This document shows positions 37,901 to 49,987 of a stretch of 64,000 bases of DNA, in pieces. This stretch comes from Eledone cirrhosa (taxonomy: Eukaryota): NCBI GenBank assembly GCA_964016885.1, contig OZ024745.1, positions 127,224,001-127,288,000 on the forward strand, written 5' to 3'. Positions within the stretch are counted from its first letter, which is position 1. Every line of letters begins with the position of its first letter. A model generated the notes under the pieces. That model was not told the DNA's origin and did not search any database. It worked only from the letters and a program-made list of their open reading frames with translations. The position numbers and the translations under genes were made by a program.

Positions 37901-40900
37901 GGGTGCATTTAACATGTAGGTCACCAAACACTAGGGAGTTTGTCATATCCTTGACATGGCTGAAGGGTCCTCCTGACTCTTTATCTGGCAACCTTTCTAC
38001 ATTTGTAGTCTTTCCTCTACTTTTCCATACAGCCAGATCTGCCCCCTTTTTACCTCTTCCCCCTTAATTTTGTTTTTATTTTTTTATATCATATTTCTAT
38101 CATTGTATATCTTCTTTTTGTAAAATATAGTTGACATAATATATTTATGTATAACAGATAACAAATTTAAAAAGTGTTTTATATAACTTAACCCTTTAAC
38201 ATTTAAACCGGCATTATCCGGCCAGAATTCCTTCACCTCTTTCTGTTCAAACCAGCTGTAACTGGCCAGTCATACTGACACTAACGTATTGTTCTCAAAA
38301 TACATAATATCAAAATCTCATAGATTCAATATTATGAGATATTACATAAGATAATTATGTGAGGTAAAACCTTTAAGGTGAAAATACAATAGTAAATATA
38401 GAGTAATATAAATGCTATGTGAGATATTATGTAAATTATGTGAAGTAAAGCATTTACCATGAAAATATAATAGTAAATATGAAGTAATGTAAATGCTAAA
38501 GGGTTAAGTGAAAAAAAAGAAAGTAAATAAATTAGTATTGAAAAGAATAAAATATAGAAAACAAATGACAGAGCTAACAGATCTAAAATACATAAACTAA
38601 GATGAGCAATAGAATTTAATCTCACCTCTTTCTGACCTTCTTCAAACTTGGCGAAAGCTATTAACAATGTCTCATCCATATTGTCCTCTCCAAAAAACTC
38701 TACTGCTCGTTCATAAACCTTCCGTGCACTGTTGATATAGTTGTTCTTCTCCTCAAAACGTGCATATTTGATCCAGTTTTTTACTTCAGGATGGACATAT
38801 ACAAGTGATTTAAGTCAAGGAAGTTGTGTTACTTACAGACCAGAAATATAAATTAAGTGAAATATTTGCTACCCTCATCAACAGGTAGAGCAGAGGTTCT
38901 CAAAATGGACACTACTTAAGTTCAATATATTTTATTGTTATCTATATATATTGTTAAAATTTATAATTTTGTATGTTATTTCTGCTATATTCTGTGAAGA
39001 ATATTATCTGTTTTGTGTCAATGTGTGTGTTATTTACATTATACATAATGTATTAGTGAGTGGTTCAAACTAAAGATTTACACTATATTTTGAGCAGCAT
39101 GTTATTCAACAAGCAACAAGAGTACTTAGACATACCCTCGGGTCTCGAATAATCACCCTCAAACACGACCTCACTTTTCAATTTTTCAGATGTTTTCCAA
39201 CTCATCCCGCTTATTAAATTTTGCTAATCTATCTCCGCCGAAATTTTATTATTTTAAACCTTCTCAACAGTAAGCCAAGATGAACTTCAAGCTCTTTTCA
39301 ACATAGTTCTGGGTTCAAGCTCTCCTTTTATTGTTTAATTTAGGAGGCAACAGCAGGTGCATGACCTTTTTTCTATGGCCTCTAAGGCTGGTAGAAAGTA
39401 TCCTCACACTTGAAGCTTGGCACAAATGCTTGCAACAGAGTGGGCCAGGTGGATTTTCCTAAACCAGGGCAATGGATTGAGTCTAATCCCCACCTCCAAA
39501 TAAACCACAGTGGGATTTGAACTCGTAAATACTGCTAGGTATTTCATCTAACGTTCTAATATTTCCACTAATCCACTGTACTGGAATGAAAATTTATTTA
39601 ATCAACATTGAAAACACAGACAGACAACACAGTAAGGAATTTAGTCCACCTCTCTAACAACTCTGTTGATTTACCTCATTAAGCATTAAGTTCTAGAGAT
39701 GTTGTAATCTATTATTGACAAGTAGATTTAGTTGATACAGAGATATCACAGTCATATTCATTTTATGCTGATTAAAAAAAAATCATCCATGCAGGTGTGA
39801 AAATGAAACACAAAACACCAACAAGTCATTTACAAATATAGAAAGTTTTAAGAAATTTTCAAAATTTTATAAAATGAACAAGTGTGAAAAGCTACTGTGA
39901 AAGAATGTGAAAACAAAAAAAAAAACAGTAAGTAAATTAAAAAAATAAAGATAAAATAAAGGATATATCGTTCATAGATTGAACGTGCACGATTTATTTC
40001 TTTGTAGCGCAGCTCAAAGTTAATGTAAGAGTGCCAGGCTTGTTCTTCAGGATGCCACTCCATCCAGCGCTCAAATACCTGTCGACTAGCTAAAACGACA
40101 ATATAAATTTAAACAATAGCCAGAAAAATCAAATTACAAAATATAACATTGAAATCATCATCATTTTACATCCGCTTTTCCCTGCTTGCAAGGGTGGGAC
40201 GGGAACTGATTCTGGCTTTATTTCTACAGCCGGATGCCCTTCCTAACACCAACCTCATTTACAGTGAGTGCTGGGTGCTTTTTTTTTCCGTGGCGCCTAC
40301 ATGTCCACTTTACAGTGTGGGCTGGGTGTTTTTTTTTTTTCCGTGGCACCTCCACGACCACTTTGCAGTGGAATGATAGGGACCCCAGTCCTATCATCTT
40401 ATTTCTACAGCTGAGTAAACTGGAACAATGTGAAGCTCAAGGAAACTATAGATAATATAAAAATGTGTAGGTATATGATGTATCAATGGCTGTGAGGTTC
40501 AAGTGATTGACTATTGCTTATATATTTGTATTTACATGCATATGTAAATGTCTGTGAAGGCGTGTGGCTGAGTGTGGTTAGAGAATTGGGTTCGCAAACG
40601 TGAGATTGTGATTTCAATTCCCAGACCAGGCGATGCGTTATGTCCTTGAGCAAGACATTTTATTTCACGTTGCTCCTTCTGCCTGGATTTGCGACCGACA
40701 GATAGTATTTGCAACTGGAAAGACCAACGAAAACACTGCTTCCTTGGTCTAATTTGGCGAGTTCCATCCCACTCATTAAGTAAGTGAGGTCTGGGATCTT
40801 GTCGATCAACTGTCAAAATGTTTGTGTATGTATTATGAAAATATTACCTGTTGTAACTGATAATTCATTATTTCTGGTCCCTTATAGCAATTCTAAGAAC

Positions 40901-43398
40901 CTAAAAGTCTCACATTAAAGCCAGGAGACTGTTCCATTACCAATTTCAACATCAACAACACAAATTTCATCATTGATTTTTTTTTTAACCTGTGAATGCT
41001 TTCATCATTACACCTCACATTGTGGTTGATTACTTTATAGTTGAGACAAATGTTGTTAAATAGCTGTTTAATAGCCAAAACAATCAACCTCATGGATTGC
41101 CTCTCTCCCGACCACTGGCTGAAGGTTTCTGTCCTCTGAGGTATTTTTGCCCATCACTGTCATTGACAGCATTTGGCTGTTTTAACAACTGTTCTAGTGA
41201 TGAGTTTTCTCATTTTTATATGAATTTTCTTACTTCTTCCCCTTCCCCCTTCCTACAGCGGAGGCCAGTAATGAACTATTCCTACACCAATCTTTTACTT
41301 TAGCAATCATGTCAGCAGGTGAGATGCTATATACCTACATAGAAATTTTAGATATACACAACATACACACTCCCTCGCTCGCAATATAAGTGACAGAGCA
41401 TTTAAAACTCTCACTTGTAACTACATCAGAATAACACGTCACCATTTACCTGGTATATTGTCCAACATTTCCTCCATGTATGTATATTTGTACCAGAATT
41501 GGTTAGCTCGAGGTAAAATAGAAATGGCACGGTCCCAGATATTTCTAGCATGATTGATTTGACGATTTCTAAAAATTTAAGAAAAATATTGTTTATATAT
41601 AAAACAGTGGAAGATTTACCATAACAATATAACAGCAGTAATTGACTTAATACAGTGAAAAATTATCAATAATCAATTGGTATAAATCAATTGAATGAAT
41701 GTACACTTACTTCATTTCCATTTCAGCATATTTTAACCAAACTGTGATGTTTCTGTGGTTGACATCCAAGGTTCTTTCCCATACAGAACGGGCCCTGCGA
41801 AAACAAAAAAGGAAAATATTCACAATATATCTTTCACATTTCATCACCACAATAAAATACACTAGATATAAAGCACACAGGATTGTATGTCAGATCCCTG
41901 GCCCACCTAAAGATCAAAGGCTCCACTCGAGTACAGACCGGGATGTGACAATATGTTTAACCCTTGCTAGCAACGAAAATGGATGTTAAACGATGATCAT
42001 ATTCATGTCAGGCCTGTGACCCACCAGGAGGTCTAAGGCTCTGATTGAGTACTAACCAGGCTGTGACATGTCTAACCCTTGCTAGCAGCGAAAATGGATG
42101 TTAAACGATGATCATATTCATGTCAGGCCTGTGACCCACCAGGAGGTCTAAGGCTCTGATTGAGTACTAACCAGGCTGTGACATGTCTAACCCTTGCTAG
42201 CAGCGAAAATGGATGTTAAACGATGATCATATTCATGTCAGGCCTGTGACCCACCAGGAGGTCTAAGGCTCTGATTGAGTACTAACCAGGCTGTGACATG
42301 TCTAACCCTTGCTAGCAGCGAAAATGGATGTTAAACGATGATCATATTCATGTCAGGCCTGTGACCCACCAGGAGGTCTAAGGCTCTGATTGAGTACTAA
42401 CCAGGCTGTGACATGTCTAACCCTTGCTAGCAGCGAAAATGGATGTTAAACGATGATCATATTCATGTCAGGCCTGTGACCCACCAGGAGGTCTAAGGCT
42501 CTGATTGAGTACTAACCAGGCTGTGACATGTCCAATCCTTGCTAGCAGGGGAAATGGATGTTAAACGATGATCATATTCATGTCAGACCTCTGGCCCTGC
42601 TGGAGGTCAGAGGCTCCACATAAATACTGATCAGAGAACGATGACATGATGTCCAATCCATCCTAGCAGGAGAAATGGATGTTAAACAATGATGATGATG
42701 AAATCAATAAACAAACATATACCTTTGAATTTCCTTCTGTGATTCTTCCCATTGTGCGTACTTAATCCAGTTGCTCATCACAGTACGGTTTTTACGGATA
42801 TTGTCTTCATATGCCTGAATGGACAAATGGAAAGATAAAAGTTTAATACTCTAGTAATATGAGGCATTCAAACAGAAAAAGGCATTTTTTATGGCGAGGA
42901 AGGAAAAAGAAATACACAAGTATTGATTTTTAGTAAAAGTTTTATAGTAAAAAGGTAAAGAAGAAAATAATAATAATTGTTTCTATTTTTGGCACAAGGC
43001 CAGCAATTACCCAGTGTATTACTGGTACTTTATTTTATCGACCCCATAAGGATGAAAGGCAAAGTTAACCTCGGCGGGATTTGAACTCAGAATGGCAAGG
43101 GTCGTAACTCTATGCGTCAAAGCATGGCGTCCGACCCTCTACCGATACTGCCAATCCACCGCCCTGAAAATAATAATAATAATAATTGTTTCTACAAGGA
43201 CAGCAATTTGAAAGAAAGAAGAAAGTCAACTAAATCGACTCCAGTGCGTTACTGGTACTTTCTTTTATCGATCCCGTAAGGATCAAAGGCAAAGTTGATC
43301 TCGGTGGAATCTGAACTCAGAGAGCAGAAATGAATACTGCAAAGCATTCTAATTACTGCTAATTCGATGCCGATAATAATGGCTTCTGATTCAGGCAT

Positions 43399-43460
<62 letters not shown>

Positions 43461-46400
43461 ATACAGGGGTTGGACAAAATAATGGAAACACCTAGCATCA
43501 TAACATCATAATTTTGAAATATCTATAAAACCGTCAAAAGCTTGTTTATTTTAATGTTTTTTTATTTATTATTAGTGTTGCTTAATATGTTTTGCTAAAA
43601 TTGCTGTTTCTTTTCAGATATCATCGAAAAAAGGTAATTAAAATTTCATTAAAATGACAGATCTATTGGACTTTGAAAGAGGTCAAATTGTTGGTGCTCG
43701 TATGGCAGGCGCTAGTGTAACGAAAACAGCCAAAATGTTTGGTGTATCAAGAAGCACTGTCTCAAAAGTAATGACAGCCTTTGAGAAAGAGGGAAAAACC
43801 TCCTCGTCGAAACAAAACTCCGGAAGAAAACCAAAACTTTCAGATAGGGACCGTCGGACTCTTAGAAAGGATCACAAAAGTACAGCTCCCAAAATTACTG
43901 CAGAGCCTAATGACCACCTCGAGAACAATAAAAATAAACAAGCTTTTGACGGTTTTATAGATATTTCAAAATTATGATGCTATGATGCTAGGTGTTTCCA
44001 TTATTTTGTCCAACCCCTGTATATGTATATACAGTCGAGTCCGCTTAAGAGTATAGCATAATCAATTCCCGAATTTATGTACTATGTTTTGTACAGTGCA
44101 TGGGTCCGCTTAAGAGTATAGTTCGCATAAGAGTATAGTTCGCATAAGAGTATAGCATAATCAATTCCCGTTTATATATTTTCTATATAATTTAGTCCGT
44201 ATAAGAGTATAATCAATACGGTAAAGTAAATTGGGCTTATAATGTAACATAACCATTTTAAAACAATTCAAAATGAAATGCGATGATGTCATTTATACAA
44301 CCATTCTAAAAGCAATTTAAAGTTTAATATAAGCAAATACAAAAATAATAATTCATTGTCATAAAAATGTCTTTGAAACGCTCTGCTTTATCCATTACTC
44401 AAAGGTTAGTATGTATTATTTTTATATTTATAATATGAATGTGCATAGGTACCTAACATAACTTTAATCTTTTATCAATATTTTAGATCTCTGGAAAAGA
44501 AGGAATAAATGCTTTGTTGACTGTACGGTCCTATATGATGCAATTGTTTGGAAATTTTGAAAATTATACTCCGCCTGAGATAGAAGGAATTGATTAAAAA
44601 AAAAATTGCGAGCAATCGAGTGCAAAGAAGCATTTTGGACTATTTTTAGGAAATAAAAATTGCATACCAATATGTTGAAATATTGCTTAATTTATCTTGT
44701 TGAATTTTTTGGTGTAACTTTCATTTTTTTTACTTATAAATGCATTTTAAATGATAATAAAGCAATTTTTAATCATTGAAAGACTCAAAATAATAATACT
44801 ATGGAATATTTTTACTTAGTCCGGATAAGAGTATAGTTCGGTTAAGAGTATACTATTTTCTTTTCCCGATGGTATACTCTTAAGCGGACTCGACTGTATA
44901 TATATATCCCGGATTCAATTGGGGGGGGTAACCACAGTAAGTAAAGTACTCAATATATAGCAGAGTATAAATGTTTAATATAGAAATGGCTTCTACAGGA
45001 CTAGAACGAAACCGTTCTAGTCCGGTAGAAGCCATTCCTATATTAATCATTATATATATATCATCATTGTTTTCCCATCCCCTTTTCCATGCTGTCATAG
45101 GTTGGTTGTGAAGACCCATCCAATCCATGCCAACAGGAAAGATTAGTGTGTGAATGATGATGATGATAAATTTGCCAAAATATAGTTTATGATGTTTAAC
45201 TTACCTTTCTTTTCTTTAGCCTATAATCTGCCAATTCCTCTGGATCTGAAATCTTCTGCTTGGGAGGCTAGAAAATAAAGATGTTTTGTTTAAAATCTTA
45301 TTTATAGTGAAATATGAGCAATAAATATTTGTAAGTTATAAAGAATATGAGAATGGATTAGAAAACATTGTTATCTGGCAGTTGTGCTGGGACCACACAA
45401 AAAACCTAAATCATTTTATAAGGTGGTAGTGCTGGTAACAACAAAAACATCTAATCCCTCTATAAGGTGGTAGTGCTGGTACCACAACAAAAAGCACCTA
45501 ATCCCCCTATAAAGTGGTAGTGCTGGTACCACAACAAAAAGCACCTAATCCCCCTATAAAGTGGTAGTGCTGGTACCACAACAAAAAGCACTTAATCCCT
45601 CTATAAAGTGGTAGTGCTGGTACCACAACAAAAAGCACCTAATCCCCCTATAAAGTGGTAGTGCTGGTACCACAACAAAAAGCACCTAATCCCTCTATAA
45701 AGTGGTAGTGCTGGTACCACAACAAAAAGCACCTAATCCCCTTGTAAGGTGGTAGTGCTGGTACCACAACAAAAAGCACCTAATCCCCCTATAAAGTGGT
45801 AGTGCTGGTACCACAACAAAAAGTACCTAATCCCTCTATAAAGTGGTAGTGCTGGTACCACAACAAAAAGCACCTAATCCCCTTGTAAGGTGGTAGTGCT
45901 GATGCCATGATAAAAAGCAACCAGTCCACTCTGTAAGGTGGTAGTATTGATGCCACAAAAAATGTTCCCTGTCTACAGTGTTAAGTGGTTGGGATTTTGA
46001 GGGCATCCAGCCATAGAAAGCAAGCCAAACATGGAATGTATGAGCAGGACGTGGACACTTGCCCTGTTTAACTCACACAAGGAAAATAGACATTAAACAG
46101 TGTTGGTGATGATACACATCTACAACAACACCTCTACACAACTGTAATGTCATCGTTCTTATCCAATATTGAAAACATAAACAAAAACATGGCAACTCAG
46201 CAATGAGAATATAGTATCTGGCACACTGAAATCTACCCCTACTCAGTGTCTGCCTCCTCTTTCTCATATAGATCCTTCTCACATGCAGCATCAGGAGCTG
46301 ATTTGTGAAACAGCACTTCTTACCAAGTCCAAGCCCAATTTTCCCATCCATGAAAACTTAGAAAACCTTCCGAAAATTGAAATCATACAAACCCTTCTGG

Positions 46401-49400
46401 GAGTCAGTGAAGACTCTTCAGGATAATAACTTTGATCTGAAGGAAGAGTGACAAAAATCATGGAATGAGCCCAAATTTGCCAAACAAGACCTTGTCCAGG
46501 ACCCCAGCCAGCTTTGACCTTCCCAGAAAGCAAAGGGTGTCCCTTAATTGAATCCGCACAACATATGCCAGGACAGCCCATCATCTTCATCAATGGAAAA
46601 TGAAAGACAGCCCAGCCTGTTACTGTGGAGACTCTGACCAGACAGTACTGAATGTTGTTCAGGACTGCCCCCTCAGACATTTTACTGGACCTGGAAGCAA
46701 TCCTTAATGCTGCAAATGACACCTTGGTCTGGCTTGCCGATCTCAACTTGCCTTGCTAGCTACTGTGCATATGTCATACAAGATAAATACCAACTAAAAT
46801 AGTTTTAGCATCAATAGCATCACTGGCTGAAACGTGCTAGAATACAAGGCCAGCAATTTGGCAGATGGGAGAAATTAATTATATCAACCCCAGTACTTAA
46901 CTGTTACTCTATTTTATCAACCTTGGGAGGATGAAAGGCAAAGTTGACCTCAGCAGGAATTGAACTCATGATTTCTAATATTGGCACAAGGCCTATAATT
47001 TGAGGGGGAAGGGAAAGGTTAATTATTTCAACCTCAGATCATGACTGGTTCTTTAATACTAGCTAATGAGAAAGTTAATTATATTATCAAATCCTGTCAA
47101 ATTCTTCATTATTTTCAAAATGAAATAAAAATTATAAGAAGTATCTTTCATTAGAAATATGTTAACAAAATACAAATTGTTGACAAGTTCCTTCTGAATT
47201 CAGTCAAAGATGGTTCTCTAAAACTGATACATAGAAACTTTTTAGTAGTTTACTATGAACCTTCTTGCATAAAACACTATTAATTGGTGGATGTGAATGT
47301 GAAAATGAGTAAAATAGAGTAAAATAAAATCTTGCAGATAACTTACTGGTGGCACCAATTCCAATTCACGCTCCTTCGCCTCACGCAACAGCTGCTCTGC
47401 AGTGATCTGCACCGGAGCCGGCATTTTGTTTTTAACCTGAAACATAACAAAATGAATATGAGACATGCTGTGTCCCAAAATATTGGACAGAAAAAAAAAG
47501 AACAAAAAAAAAACAAAAAAAAAAAAAGATTACCAAGTAACTTACTTTTCCTGACCTCATCTCACAGTCCATTTTGTATTGTTTAGCCTTCTATCTCTTT
47601 CAACGTTATATGTTTTCTTTTAGTAAAAGCAACCAGCTCTATGGGTTTTAGAATAGGCATTGTCAGGACTGGTAGCTTTGATAGTTTTGATTAATCAGAG
47701 GTGTTTTTGTACTTGACATATGTATATGGAACTAATACTGGTGTAGTGGAAAGTGTTTGAAGTGATTTACTGAATGAGAGCAAATGACAAAACTTTCTCA
47801 ATAGAATTATTTAATGTTCTGTAAGCTCATTATGGAGTATAAACAATATGTGGAGTCACAAAGGGAGATTTCACAAAAATGTAGATCCTTTTGGACAGGG
47901 ACCAAAACAACCAACTGGAGTTTGAGACGTGGATGTGCAATGTATTTTTTCATTTCAGATGAAAAATGAAATGAAATTTAGAGCTCAAAACTATGCTGGT
48001 GTAGCTGACCTCCTGTGAGATTATCTCATAGGAGGTTTTTTGTGTTTTAATGATAGGAGTCCAAGTCCTATCAAGAAAAGCAATGCAAAATTAAGTATCT
48101 ATTTCAAGAACACAATATGCTGCCTGGTCCAGGAATCAAACCCATAATCTTATGATCATGAGTTCAAAACTCCTTAACCCTTTAGCATTTAAACCAAAAG
48201 TATCCGACTAGAATTCTATCATCTCTTTCTGTTCAAACGGGCTGTAACCGGCCACTCATATGGACATTAAGGTATTGTTCTCAAAATAAATAATATCAAA
48301 ATCTCATATGTGAGATAATTATGAGATGTAAAGCTTTTACTGTGAAAATACAATAGTAAATATAGAGTAATGTAAATGCTAAAGGGTTAACCACTAGGCT
48401 ATGTGTTTTCACACATTTCAGATGATGGTCTTGCAAAACCTTAAGTGGTAGGTAAAACCCGTCCAATTACTAGGGGTGATGATTTTTTTTCCAGGTGTGT
48501 ATACTCAGAGTATTGCTTATATGTGTTGTAGGCAGTGTTCTGAGCAATAGATCATGTACTCCTGCAGTAGATTTATGTGTGAACAAGTTAGAGAATTTGT
48601 GATTATGGGTTTTGGATGTGCGTTAGGTATGTGAAAGGACAAGCCTTATTTATAGGATGGTTTCAGTCACCTGCATAGCTCTTGGGTGTGTAGGGAATGA
48701 AAATATTTAGCATAAATTGATGTAGCTCCAACCAGGTAGATAACTTGAAGCACCAGACATTTCTGGTGGGGTAAGTATGTGGATAAATGGAAAATAATCT
48801 TCATTAAACCTTTAGTATTTAAACTGGCCATATCCGGCCAGAATTCTCTCATCTCTTTCTGTTCAAACCGGCCTAACCGACTGCTCATACTTATGTCAAG
48901 GTATTGTTCTCAAAATTAATATCAAAATCTCGTAGCTTCGATATTATGTGAGATAAAATTATGTGATGTAAAGCCTTTACCGCAAAAATATCATAGTAAA
49001 TATAGAGTAATGTAAATGCTAAAGGATTAAGCTGTAGTTAGATTCTACTGACAAAATCTTTCCAATACTTTATTTACAGGATCATCCAAATTTTTTAATA
49101 TTTCCAAAATTAATTAAAACACATAGGCAATGTCTTTCTTTAAAAAAAAAGGTAACAAAAGGGTTAAACAATCAAATAAAATCTCCCCATTCCATCGTCA
49201 ACAAGAAAATGTTAAAATATATCTTCTGATAAACAAATTGGTAGCAGAACAGCATCAAACTGATACTGGCTAAAGTGAAAGTGGTACGTTAATATTCAAA
49301 GATCACCTTACAGACGTATTTTGTGTGAGGATATTTATTTCATACACAACTGTTTTCATAATGGTTTCTAATTTAGGCCCAATGAGGGGGAGGGGGGGGA

Positions 49401-49951
49401 GAGAAAAGTCGATTAAATCGACCCAGTGCGTTATTGGTACTTTATTCTATCGACCCATATGCATGAAAAGTAAAGCTAACATCGGCGGGATTTGAACTCA
49501 GAATGGAAAGGGACGTAACTCTAAGAACAATTGTCTTTATAAAGAGATCAACTGGTACATATCTACGACTGACCAACTCTATATGAAATAACTTCTAGTG
49601 TGAAGAAAAAGTGAAGATCGTGGCGTACATATACCGGGGTGCTGAAAAGTTCCTGACTTAAAATGTATCGCGAAAGGGTAGAGCTGTTACCTTTACAGGG
49701 GAGGTAGGACCGTTGCAATAAGTGTTGAATATGTTGAATAAAATCATAATTAACTGATCCTCCTGTACGTTCTTTTACCCAAAACCAGGAATTTTCCAGT
49801 ACCCCAGTACAACTGAGATTGAGGTGAAAAATCAAAACATTGTAACATACTCGGTTGATTTATAGATTACCTTCTACCTTACGAGACAAACAATAAATAC
49901 CTATATACAGGACAGAGCAGTACACTACATTAGCAATGTGAAATGGAACCT

Positions 49952-49987
<36 letters not shown>

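Noticed and set aside
39848-39966. Hydrophobic (TM-like) extension of CRNKL1 exon 7
   Set aside because: Read-through into the T-rich start of the U12 intron; the conserved protein continues in exon 8.
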